A DNA stretch of 64,000 nt from a virus (Duplodnaviria; Caudoviricetes), in the IMG/VR virus record IMGVR_UViG_3300023179_000106, positions 1,675 through 65,674 of that record. One strand, 5' to 3'. This document shows positions 11,301 to 18,960 of the stretch, piece after piece. The translations under genes were made by a program, and so were the position numbers. The stretch's first letter is position 1. Each line of letters starts with the position of its first letter. Below the pieces are notes generated by a model, which was not told where the DNA came from, did no database searches, and saw only the letters and a list, made by a program, of their open reading frames with translations.

Positions 11301-12406
11301 TCGTGGGAGTGGCCTCGCTGGGGCTCATACCGGCCATACCCATGCTCGCGCTGCTTGGTACGGTCGGACCACTTGTCCAGGGCGGCCTGAAGGCCCTCGG
11401 AAAGGGGCTCTCTATGTTTGGCAAGGCGGCGGCGAACCCGTACACATGGCTGGGGCTTGCATTGCTGGGGGCTCTCAATGTGGTGATGATTCCCTTGGCC
11501 TACGCGATACGCCTGCTCGCCCCGTCCATCGAGGCCTTTGGCAAGGCTATCAAGGGAGCCTTTGAGGGAGCGGGGTCTATGCTCAAGGCGGTCGGCGAGA
11601 GCATAGGGATGATACTGAAAGAGATAACCATTTCCAAGGCTCTTGCCCTTGGCGTTGCTGCATTGGGCATAACCGCGCTGGGTGTGGCCATGGCAGCGTT
11701 CGCCGCCGGCGGCTTCGTAGCGAGCTGGATCGACTATTTCAGCGGCGACGGGGTTTTCAACAAGATAATGGATTTGGCGGCCATGGGCCCGAACCTGATG
11801 ATGGCGGCCGACGCAATCAGCAAACTCGGTGCCGCATTCCAGAGCTTCGCCGCGAACAAGGGTGGTGGGTGGTCGGAGTGGTTCGCAGGCAGCGACGGGG
11901 TCATAGAGGGATTCAAGAAGCTTTCTGAAATAGGCACCCCAGAGTTCATGATGACCGCTGACGCCGTCCACAGGTTCGCCGAGGGCATGGAGAAGATGCA
12001 ACAGACCCCCGGCGGCACGGGGTCTGAGGCCACCCAGGCGTCAGTTCGTCTAGATTCGCCGCCGGCGGCGGGTGTCGAGCCGGTTCATCTCCGCGACATA
12101 ACCGGGTCGATACTCCGCGATCGAGCCGGATCGAGCGGTTCGAAGCTCCAGAGCGACGAGCTGACGAGGATGGAGGAGACCGCCTACAAGCAGGTGGAGG
12201 AACTCGAGCAGATAAGACAGGGAATAAACGAGCTCGTTTCATTGATGAGGCCGAAGGGTTCCCCGGTGGGCTCTGCCGGCGAGGCGCAGCCAGGCAACAC
12301 CAAGGATCCGAGGAGACCATTGCACGCCGTGAGGTTCGGGAAGATGAAGTACGGCACCGTAGGCGGCCTCGCCAACAGGAGCTTCGTGAACAACGGAGAG
12401 GTATAA
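5345..12406 (+). CDS. Tail tape measure protein (2353 aa)
   Basis: Very long A/G/K-rich helical ORF with hydrophobic segments, DKIPAMLSPGEFVVN and GMLHAGEMVVP motifs and internal tandem repeats; directly upstream of baseplate genes. Confidence 0.85.
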   Translation: MAEVPDYFGRVGNFKNADFDSLAESLKSAVGKAVEYAAGKAKSSGDELKKETDRLVDAMEQLGEKIKENLEEVKDFVDQVKKSSEGIEKKRSSKAAGGDDLAAMAREQTRILQQILRSQQKAASEKAAKFTSGATALAAPRGRRAGLKEMGFRPKGADKIPAMLSPGEFVVNRKGTRGNESLLDSINRGYFRGGKVKPAYLADGNFLDRMFGGRGARAQASKIKLILDGPFNQKTHDEAVAWFNGLGHDVEVEFSDEFNKNLKSSAARWITSITSAFVGHDPFAVMFEGGVKDITEFRREMRNLAFQAEGITGEFRKSQAEFARIGTDIAGRTGVSVTAFQKAYLANARKGFKDQKASMKVLESGLKLSTLIGSEAQATSTLFADWHRDLGLGAGQMERMANNMQTVARRTGMTGDELVGVMKSSEQILKNLRRQGTLTNEASKNIIQSLAEFKKEGFEDVGQKMLGAMSGYSAFQGADEKTKTLLGVAASQGGVDYRDLMFGRVPQNAESMGKMAEGLKKQMADMIGVRAEDFDFEKLTEAQREKLAIGSEGTFGVQISEVEAAYKSFSKTAAGLGGSLAELEKGRSNQFATPKERQENEKKINDTLLSASMDLLGSVTANTKDQSLADAAKAIAEGKTKDAIDFKSGTKDLSAMASYMSSATKDQFGLSGTQEDMEKQIRMMSAEKQIQLRSMTAAEQLDKTMQAQGKGSKNFAGQMKAALAKGDTTKFKALADEMGAAFSESQVKDATSVDPMERLNQTITELNETFRGFMSPLVGGFIDLIGSMGLMAGVVGSMGGTLYNMMPWDVIGNIADPENGIGKILKEGMGSAFSRFGKSFKAAKSMGFGTVDATGLGIAKQIQTSLTAIFGGGPFASTMATVMRGAIGPAVLLLGAIKGVMESSEAGRTKTEGAILGAFTGGAKTGSFLTGRYGNEATAGDKALGVAGAAAWGATAGAAISVSLGGADLGLAMVLGALFAGFWEIVKIVTEGTDILQDIFKPVQVVVDYVYEVCKGIYDIFAGLFTLDIGRVFTGIFNIIGSTIMVLPRLILGVFQSIVIGIPKLILRAIGMIWMIPKAIGDSIKSALAGLVDNAWVGPIFKVLSDAFNAIYDGFMAIWTPISEIFSGIYTVFNDLGKALFGAGQGGGILSGVMWLLQKAVYSLAYVISWLLMPIKLLAYALGFVLKIVGALIKGLIYPFQYLYDVLVGHSIVPDLVFGIIKFFAMLPFRIFKALLALPLIIGNMFLNALPSVGKLVFGIIKFFSMLPFRIFKALLTLPLVIGNMFLNALPSVGKLVFGIIKFFAMLPFRIFKALLTLPLVIGNMFLNALSSVGKLVYSGLKSMFDVKAWGKWLGGIGTYVYDGFKSALQGVWDWIQSWIPGLGGASKGFGESSKQQEETRLAEGDKFSHAIGGLAGAVGSLAKGNFAEAGGKAWSSTKEAAGATWEGVKAVGSYFNPFSYFKEGTKKIEKPGLGMLHAGEMVVPANMVDKIAAMGKGAFGSIKSFVGGRAEGDKGSLISGLKDKIMGLGDVFKGCCPGEAVENANAAVEGVPEALAEALSKADDGSFLGGIKKRLSQATGYTNKFFKPLTTGFIRARKGGEGFFGSIKRGLSAQYMSMTKGGEEGPLAAGVNWLSDSIFGKKEGEQTKKGILQRISEGLFGSKGAEETKKGIFGLIKEGLFGSGDDVKKGLFGTVKSGFSWMKEKVFGQKMAEGEMGPPRPGALDKVKNMGNSLAEKAMEKLGIEAEDGIVGGAKKAAKGLYSKGKEKLFGQKVAEGEMGPPKPGLLDKAKGKAMDIYGKGKEKLFGQKVAEGEMGPPKPGLLDKAKGKAMDIYGKGKEKLFGQKVEEGEMGPPKPGLLDKAKGKAMDIYGKGKEKLFGKGPTEAVESAAKADSKASGNMESFKEKMKNIAEGVKQFSGVQVLTGALNLIPASIGLAAMIPGSYGAKMLEKLDGERLKTSLAGLADGVSSLGKAKVLLGAAAMLVVGVASLGLIPAIPMLALLGTVGPLVQGGLKALGKGLSMFGKAAANPYTWLGLALLGALNVVMIPLAYAIRLLAPSIEAFGKAIKGAFEGAGSMLKAVGESIGMILKEITISKALALGVAALGITALGVAMAAFAAGGFVASWIDYFSGDGVFNKIMDLAAMGPNLMMAADAISKLGAAFQSFAANKGGGWSEWFAGSDGVIEGFKKLSEIGTPEFMMTADAVHRFAEGMEKMQQTPGGTGSEATQASVRLDSPPAAGVEPVHLRDITGSILRDRAGSSGSKLQSDELTRMEETAYKQVEELEQIRQGINELVSLMRPKGSPVGSAGEAQPGNTKDPRRPLHAVRFGKMKYGTVGGLANRSFVNNGEV
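8990..9355 (+). repeat. Three near-identical 120-bp (40-aa) tandem repeats in the tape measure gene
   Basis: Unit LVFGIIKFFAMLPFRIFKALLxLPLxIGNMFLNALPSVGK starts at about 8990, 9110 and 9230. Confidence 0.95.
10637..10985 (+). repeat. About 3.2 copies of a 108-bp (36-aa) tandem repeat in the tape measure gene
   Basis: Unit KGKEKLFGQKVAEGEMGPPKPGLLDKAKGKAMDIYG at 10637, 10745, 10853 and 10961 (partial); degenerate copy near 10455. Confidence 0.95.
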
Positions 12407-12407
12407 C

Positions 12408-12953
12408 ATGCCAGCTGCTACAATAATAGGCGGTTCTTTAGTCCCGATAAGGGACTGCTATGTCACGATACCGAACGGCGGCGACGAGTTCAAGCTCGTG
12501 TTCAAGGTGCTACCCGACATCAGCGACTCCAAGACCGCCAGTTACAACGACGAGACGGTAATAGGCAGGGCGTCGCCCCTCAAGACCTACTCCCAGTCCG
12601 ACAACCGTACGATATCCATGACCATACACATGGTCGTATCCAGCGCCGAGGACGTGGACTACAACCTGAGGGCCATGCGCGCCATACAGAGTGCCGTTTA
12701 TCCAAGGAAGGGACAAAACGGGGCTCCGTTCGTCCCCCCTCCCGTGTGCAGGATGAAGTGCGGAAGGCTGCTCGCGGAGGGCGAGGAGCTCTGCGTGATC
12801 CTCAAGAGTTACTCCGTTAAGTTTCCGACGGAGATAGCCTGGGACGAGTCGTCCTACACGCCGTACAAGTTCGACATAGACACACAGTGGGATGTGGTCT
12901 ACACAAGTGCGGATCTGCCCGGGCAAGAGAGAATTTTCACATCGGGAAGGTGA
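12408..12953 (+). CDS. Tail tube initiator / baseplate tube-cap-like protein (contractile tail)
   Basis: ISDSKTASYNDETVIGRASPLKTYSQSDNRTISM..PPPVCRMKCG..VILKSYSV pattern of CIS-tube/gp48-like proteins; follows the tape measure. Confidence 0.7.
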   Translation: MPAATIIGGSLVPIRDCYVTIPNGGDEFKLVFKVLPDISDSKTASYNDETVIGRASPLKTYSQSDNRTISMTIHMVVSSAEDVDYNLRAMRAIQSAVYPRKGQNGAPFVPPPVCRMKCGRLLAEGEELCVILKSYSVKFPTEIAWDESSYTPYKFDIDTQWDVVYTSADLPGQERIFTSGR

Positions 12954-12955
12954 TT

Positions 12956-13282
12956 GTGGCAAACAAGATCGAATATGCAGACATAAGACCGGCAGAGTTC
13001 GTCACCAGACTGAGCAGATACTCGGAAAGCAAGGTGGTTTACTACTCCGAAACAAAAATAATAACATTTGAGACATACAAAAGGAAGGCGTATGTCCCTT
13101 CGCCGAGAGATCAGGTCACCGTCATAACGCCAGGAATGGAGTACAGGCCGGATTTGATGTCTTTCGACAAGTACGGGGCTCCTGATTTCTGGTGGAAGAT
13201 CATGGAGGCCAACAGCATGAAAGATGTGACCGAATTCAAGGCTGGCAGGACCATCGTCCTCCCAGAAAATGTTTATGGCTGA
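12956..13282 (+). CDS. gp53: gp53-like (LysM-like) baseplate wedge protein
   Basis: GTG start 12956; RPDLMSFDKYGAPDFWWKIMEAN..GRTIVLP is the gp53/LysM baseplate signature. Confidence 0.75.
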   Translation: MANKIEYADIRPAEFVTRLSRYSESKVVYYSETKIITFETYKRKAYVPSPRDQVTVITPGMEYRPDLMSFDKYGAPDFWWKIMEANSMKDVTEFKAGRTIVLPENVYG

Positions 13283-14801
13283 ACCGAACTGCCTTGCGGG
13301 TTGCATTGCGAATTACTTGTGCGGCACGCCCGATCTGCCGGGCCCTGCGGGGCAGCAGGCGGAGAGTTTCGCCCCGTGGTGCTGGATTACATTCGGCACC
13401 GGCACCGACAAGATAACGGTGGGCAACGAGTCTTATCAGGGCGACCCCAACACCGCATGCGTCAAGTCGATGGAGATCGGATGGACTGATACTCCCTCGA
13501 TGAAGTGCGAGATCGTGGACGAGAAGGGTGGCACTCTTCAGGCGGTGGCAAACTCTGTAAGGAAGTGCATAAAAGCCAGGTCGGGCAAGGGAGCCTTCTG
13601 TGAGTTTCAATTTGGATGGATATTGACGACCTGCTCGGGCGGCGCGAAATCCAGCCATGTAATTCCATCTACAACATTCAGACTTCTCATAGCGCAGTTG
13701 GACGTGAGCTATAGCGAAGGAAAAATCAAATACACGATAGAGAGCACCGCCTTCGACAAGGTCGAAGAAGTATCAAGAAAGGACGCGACCGTAGGGAGCG
13801 ACTCCAAGCCCGTGAAAATCGAGGACGCCATAAACTCGCTGTGCTCTCAAGATCCGCCGTGCACGGTCAGGTATGTGGAACTCACTCCTGACGGAAAGCT
13901 AAAAGACGTGAAGTTCAACTGGGCTCCTTCTGGCACCATACAGGCCGTGTGGCAGGGCGACAACATGAACAGAATTTCGGTCATAACGAAATGGCTGTCT
14001 CCGTTCAGAATAAAGGACGGGCCGTGCGATAAGGGCGTGGTCATATACTTCAACCCCCAGAAGCCGGACGAACTCATCATCATGAAGGATCCGTCCCCCG
14101 GACCAGACGAATCAAGGTCTTGCTCCAGAGAAGGCGCCGCCGGGGAGTGGGGACCCCTTGGGACTTTCATAGTCAACGGAGGAAAGTGCAGCAGCGTCAT
14201 AGAGTTCACGCCGACGATGAACATACTGAATGCTATAAACAGCATGGCTGCGGGCGGTGGCACATCGGGCCCGAACAAGACCGCCAGCCAACTCGCCGAA
14301 GACAGGCGGTGCTACAACCAAAATGCTCAGGGCGTCGACGCGGGAACCCAACTCCAGGGAACAATAACCCAGCAGGCCTTGGATAGCTACGGGACAAAAA
14401 CGGCCAACGACCAGGCGATGAAGTCCGAAATAGCCCATCACAAGGCTTCGCTTGTGACCGCCATACAGAACCCCGGAGTATCCGCCCAGCTGAAGATACT
14501 CGGCAACCCAGACTCCAGATTCTTGAACTGGGGTGCCAACCGATATCTTTCAATAGTGGTCATAAACCCCTACCACATAAGGGGATCGGGAAAGTGCGGC
14601 GACTGGCTTGCGTACCCAGTATGCAACGAGCTGTTCACGAACAGGCTTTGGATGGCGAAGAGCATAAACCATTCTATTTCTACGGGAAGTTACACAACCA
14701 CAATAGAGGCCGTTCTGGCCAGTCCTGTTCAAATTTCCGCAGGCGAACCTCTTGGTGGAACTGGCGGTGGCGGACCTAATCTAGAGAATAACTGTGAGTG
14801 A
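13275..14801 (+). CDS. Baseplate hub protein (gp27/late control D-like), Cys-rich
   Basis: Between the LysM and spike genes; EFQFGW, AQLKILGNP and WMAKSINHSISTGSYTTTIE motifs typical of hubs. Confidence 0.65.
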   Translation: MAEPNCLAGCIANYLCGTPDLPGPAGQQAESFAPWCWITFGTGTDKITVGNESYQGDPNTACVKSMEIGWTDTPSMKCEIVDEKGGTLQAVANSVRKCIKARSGKGAFCEFQFGWILTTCSGGAKSSHVIPSTTFRLLIAQLDVSYSEGKIKYTIESTAFDKVEEVSRKDATVGSDSKPVKIEDAINSLCSQDPPCTVRYVELTPDGKLKDVKFNWAPSGTIQAVWQGDNMNRISVITKWLSPFRIKDGPCDKGVVIYFNPQKPDELIIMKDPSPGPDESRSCSREGAAGEWGPLGTFIVNGGKCSSVIEFTPTMNILNAINSMAAGGGTSGPNKTASQLAEDRRCYNQNAQGVDAGTQLQGTITQQALDSYGTKTANDQAMKSEIAHHKASLVTAIQNPGVSAQLKILGNPDSRFLNWGANRYLSIVVINPYHIRGSGKCGDWLAYPVCNELFTNRLWMAKSINHSISTGSYTTTIEAVLASPVQISAGEPLGGTGGGGPNLENNCE

Positions 14802-14819
14802 TAAGGGGCGTAAAAAATA

Positions 14820-16958
14820 ATGGGATATGTGAACTTGTCACTTCCGGAGACGATCCAGACCATGGAGCAGAGGCTCGCTCAGGTGGAGGAGCGATTCTCG
14901 GAGATGGGGTACGGCATAAAGAATCTCGTGCAAAGCCAGTTAAGTACAAACTGGCACACGCCCGCCCAAGAAGAGACCATCTATGGGATGCACACTGCCA
15001 TATGCATTGACACCGTGGACATATACAAGCAGGGCAGGGTCAGGTACTTCAGCCCCCTCCAGCACTCGCCGAACGCCGAGGTGAAGTCGCTACCTTGGGC
15101 TTGGCCCATATCGAACCAGGGCGGATTTGACGACTGCGGATGCACGTGGGTGCCGCCAGCGGGGTCCAAACTCTGCCTGATATTCGAGGCGGGCAACAGG
15201 CAGTGGCCGTACTATCTGGGTACCACCTGGGACAGAGACCGTACGGAGGGGTGGGGCTACCCAGTCCCAGAGTATGAGAAGATACACCGCGGACACAGGG
15301 GCGGGTACCTCCTCGGCAAGGACGAGACCCAGGTGTTCCCGCCGTGGAACACGGAGAACTACAACGGAGTCGACATCGACTCCGTGAGCGACTTCGAGAA
15401 CGATCCGGAGGCCAAGAACAAGATAACCTACCCGAACATATACGGGTGGAAGACGCCCCAGAAGCACATGATCAAGATGGTCGACGGCAACTACAAGTGC
15501 AACTTCAGGTGGCAGCGCCTGGAGATCAAGTCGGCACAGGGAAACCACCTGATATTCAAGGATGACCGTGTGCACCCCGCGGCCCAGTGGGCCCATCCGG
15601 ACTGCGGTTGCGGGAGCGGGGATGTCTCGAAGTGCAACGAGGGAGACGAGCCGATAGAGAAGGTCGACAGGTGCCCGACCGATGTGCGGGGCGACAACGC
15701 TCCGATAGCGCCCATGGTGATGATGATAGGACGTGGCGGAGAGGCCCCGCCCCCCAGCGAGAGCGGGAGCTCCGAGGGGCAGTGCGCCAATCCTTACTTC
15801 AAGCACAGGAGCGAATGCAGGCCGTTTTCCGGCCCCGGCAACCCGCAGAACAACAAGGTGGACAAGACGACCCTGCCGCAGTCGGGCATACAGATGACCT
15901 CCCTCAGCGGGCACACCTTCTGGATGGACGACGCTGTGAGCGAGCCGAAGGGCAAGAACGACTGGGAGAGCGGGATCAAGCCGTTCGACTACGGATGCGA
16001 TGAGGTCTACAAGGGCAAGACGGTTTGGAAGTCGGCCCACGGCCACCAGATCATGATGAGCGATGTCGAGCCCGACGGGACGCCGAAGGGCAGGAGCGCC
16101 GAGAACTTCATAAGAGTCCTCACTGCCACCGGCAACCGCATAGAGCTCAACGACGACACGAACCCAAACTCGTGCCGGGCGGGCTCCCGGAGGGGCATCG
16201 AGCTTCACAGCACCTCGAATCACATCATACAGATGATCGACGAGAACAACGATCACTGCAACCTTAACCGCCGAGAGGGCATGGCCCCCGCAGCCAAGGC
16301 AACCAACGCGTTCGTGAGGATACGAACCGGGTATGGGCTTGAGGTCATGATGGCTGACGACAACCACCAGGAGGACACGCAGAAACAGTACATCCAGATA
16401 ACGGCCCCCCAGAAGGACGCCTGCGCCGGCCCCCACTTCATCAGGATGCAGGAGAGCGACTACTGCGGGTACATTTGGGTGCGGGCGGGGGGCGATTACG
16501 TGTGCATGACGGAGGGCGACCACTTCACCGTGGTCGGGACGGGAAGCACCACCCCGGAGGACGACTTTTGCAAGGGCGGGTGCCTCGGGCCGAGGAACTG
16601 GCTCACCGCGGTGTCGAAGCACTCCGTGCACTACAGCTGCAACTTCTACTTCAACAAGTCGGAGATCGCCGCGTTCCTCGCCGACAAGATGATTCTCCTG
16701 ATGGCCGGCAAGGACTGCCCGCCCCCGCCCGAAGCCGAGGAGTGCGGGCCGTGCCTGGGCAGCGTGGCCATCCTCGTCTCGGATCCGAAGACTGGATTCT
16801 CGAAGCTCGTGGCGAGCGACAGGGTGTATGCGTCAGCCTCCCTCGAGTCACGCTGCATAACCCAGTTCGACCTTTCGCCCAACGCCTCTTGCGGCAGCCC
16901 GAACTGCCCGCCACCCGGCAAGGGCAACACTTCGCCTTCTTACGCGGGAGAGACCTGA
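14820..16958 (+). CDS. gp5: Baseplate central spike (gp5/VgrG-like, OB-fold plus beta-repeats), Cys-rich
   Basis: D..KQGRVR..LPWAWP..VPPAGSKLCLIFEAGNRQWPYYLG OB-fold; repeated [ST]xxG[HN]xhxhxD units; no lysozyme domain recognised. Confidence 0.8.
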   Translation: MGYVNLSLPETIQTMEQRLAQVEERFSEMGYGIKNLVQSQLSTNWHTPAQEETIYGMHTAICIDTVDIYKQGRVRYFSPLQHSPNAEVKSLPWAWPISNQGGFDDCGCTWVPPAGSKLCLIFEAGNRQWPYYLGTTWDRDRTEGWGYPVPEYEKIHRGHRGGYLLGKDETQVFPPWNTENYNGVDIDSVSDFENDPEAKNKITYPNIYGWKTPQKHMIKMVDGNYKCNFRWQRLEIKSAQGNHLIFKDDRVHPAAQWAHPDCGCGSGDVSKCNEGDEPIEKVDRCPTDVRGDNAPIAPMVMMIGRGGEAPPPSESGSSEGQCANPYFKHRSECRPFSGPGNPQNNKVDKTTLPQSGIQMTSLSGHTFWMDDAVSEPKGKNDWESGIKPFDYGCDEVYKGKTVWKSAHGHQIMMSDVEPDGTPKGRSAENFIRVLTATGNRIELNDDTNPNSCRAGSRRGIELHSTSNHIIQMIDENNDHCNLNRREGMAPAAKATNAFVRIRTGYGLEVMMADDNHQEDTQKQYIQITAPQKDACAGPHFIRMQESDYCGYIWVRAGGDYVCMTEGDHFTVVGTGSTTPEDDFCKGGCLGPRNWLTAVSKHSVHYSCNFYFNKSEIAAFLADKMILLMAGKDCPPPPEAEECGPCLGSVAILVSDPKTGFSKLVASDRVYASASLESRCITQFDLSPNASCGSPNCPPPGKGNTSPSYAGET

Positions 16959-16960
16959 CA

Positions 16961-17383
16961 ATGGACTTCAGAGGAGCGCCTTACCCAATAACCAAGCACC
17001 CGCTCGGGCTTCTGAGGAGCCAGCGAGGGGTCGCGCAGGTCAAATCCGACCTGCTGAGCCTTCTCCTGACCGAGCCCGGGGAGCGGGTGATGCTCCCCAC
17101 CTTCGGAACGCCCCTGAAGCAGTTCTTTTTCGAACAAAACGACTCTGTTATTGTCGAAAGGGTCAAGGATGCCATAGCCAACGCCATCAGGACTTGGGAG
17201 CCGAGGATCGCCGTCACGGCCATAGAGGTGACGAACTCCTCTTCGAACATGGAGTCGTCTTTCAGTCCCCTGGAGAACGGCGAGAGCACGGAACATGTGT
17301 TGATGATCAGGATACTGTTCACGGACTTCGATGACATTCGTAGCGTCCAGGAACTCAAACTAGAAATTCCCCTAGGAGGTTGA
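16961..17383 (+). CDS. gp25: gp25-like baseplate wedge / sheath initiator
   Basis: LLLTEPGERVMLPTFGTPL..FE..AIRTWEPRIAV (GPW/gp25 signature). Confidence 0.9.
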   Translation: MDFRGAPYPITKHPLGLLRSQRGVAQVKSDLLSLLLTEPGERVMLPTFGTPLKQFFFEQNDSVIVERVKDAIANAIRTWEPRIAVTAIEVTNSSSNMESSFSPLENGESTEHVLMIRILFTDFDDIRSVQELKLEIPLGG

Positions 17384-17385
17384 CG

Positions 17386-18960
17386 ATGCCAGAGAATTGC
17401 CCGTTCGAAGTGACTCCGTTCGCCCGTTCGAATCCGATAAAGATCGACAAGATACTGAGCCTGAACTACACGAACCAGGACTTCTGGTCGCTGAAGACTA
17501 GGCTCGTCGAGTTCATCAGGGAGAGGTTCGGCGATCAGGGTAGCGTGCTTCCGAACACATTCAACGACTTGGTCGAGGGTTCAATAGCGATCATGCTGAT
17601 GGAGAACTGGGCGTTCATCGGCGACATGCTCTCGTTCAAGATGGACCAGATGGTGAACGAGCTCTTCATCGACACGGTCACGGAGCCGGACAACGCCTTC
17701 AGGCTCTGCCGTCTGGTGGGCTTCAAGCCCACCCCGCCGATACCTTCGACCTGCATGTGGACCGCGACGCTGAACTCCGTGCTCGACTCCGACATAGTCC
17801 TGAGCACGCCGATAACCGTGGAGACCGCGACCGAGGACGGCTTGCTAACCATTGAGCTGTTTGCGGCGGACGCGAGGGGACGTCCGATCTTCGGCCAGGA
17901 GATCGTGATCCCCGCCGGGTCTTTCTCCAACTCCGCGGTTGTGGGCGTTGAGGGCAAGACCTTCTTGGACAACTACACGGGAACGGGCCAGACACTCCAG
18001 AGTTACCCAACCACGAAGGACTCCGTGATATTCGAATCCGTAAATGTCAGGGTCGACGGGGTTCTGTGGGATCGGGTCGATTACTTCAGCGACTCCCAGC
18101 CGAGGAGGGAGTACAGGGTTGAGTTCGACTCCTCGTACAGGGCCTACATCATGTTCGGCAACAACAAGGCCGGGCTGAGCCCGCCCGCCGGCGCCCAGAT
18201 ACAGATCGAGGGCAGGCAGGGGGGCGGGGTAATAGGGAACATAGTCACCGGGTACGTGGAGACGCAGATTCAGGCCAGGGTGTTCGGAATCACCGGGGGC
18301 ATACCCGTTTCGTTCCGCAACTACACAAGAGGGGAGAACGGATACAACGGCGACACGGTCGAGGACATTCGCAGGAAGTTGCCGCTCTACCTCCGCACGC
18401 AGGACAGGGCCGTAACGGGCCTGGACTACAAGACTCTCACCGACCAGTTCGTGACGCCGTACAACGGCCAGATAGGCAAGAGCACAGCCGTGCTTCGCAA
18501 CCACGGGTGCGCCGGCAACGTAGTGGACATATACATACTGGCCCGCGAGGGTTCGTCCGGGCTTACGAGGGCGAACGACAACCTCAAGATGGAGCTCGCC
18601 GAGATGCTGGAACTCAAGAAGATGGTGACGGACTATGTCTGTCTCAAGGACGGTGTGGTTCTGGAGGCCGACGTGTCCATCGAGGTTAAACTTTCCAGGA
18701 TCAACAAGAAGTTCGAGCAGGAGATAATGACGGACATAGAGAACAGGACCGAAGAGTTCTTCTCTCTGACGAACTGGGAATACGGGAAGGAACTCAGGGA
18801 GGGAGACCTAGTCAAGACACTGGCCGCCGTCAAGCAAGCTGAGGGCTTCGACATAGTCTTCACCACCGACGACGAGGGCAACTCAGGAAACATGGTCACC
18901 GCCAAGTTTTTCGAGATAATCAGGCCGGGCAGGGTCGACATATCTTTCATGTATCAGTGA
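17386..18960 (+). CDS. gp6: gp6-like baseplate wedge protein (baseplate J family)
   Basis: NYTNQDFWSLK..NELFIDT..FGNNKAG..GGGVIGN..QDRAVTGLDY; SD AGGAGG. Confidence 0.88.
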   Translation: MPENCPFEVTPFARSNPIKIDKILSLNYTNQDFWSLKTRLVEFIRERFGDQGSVLPNTFNDLVEGSIAIMLMENWAFIGDMLSFKMDQMVNELFIDTVTEPDNAFRLCRLVGFKPTPPIPSTCMWTATLNSVLDSDIVLSTPITVETATEDGLLTIELFAADARGRPIFGQEIVIPAGSFSNSAVVGVEGKTFLDNYTGTGQTLQSYPTTKDSVIFESVNVRVDGVLWDRVDYFSDSQPRREYRVEFDSSYRAYIMFGNNKAGLSPPAGAQIQIEGRQGGGVIGNIVTGYVETQIQARVFGITGGIPVSFRNYTRGENGYNGDTVEDIRRKLPLYLRTQDRAVTGLDYKTLTDQFVTPYNGQIGKSTAVLRNHGCAGNVVDIYILAREGSSGLTRANDNLKMELAEMLELKKMVTDYVCLKDGVVLEADVSIEVKLSRINKKFEQEIMTDIENRTEEFFSLTNWEYGKELREGDLVKTLAAVKQAEGFDIVFTTDDEGNSGNMVTAKFFEIIRPGRVDISFMYQ

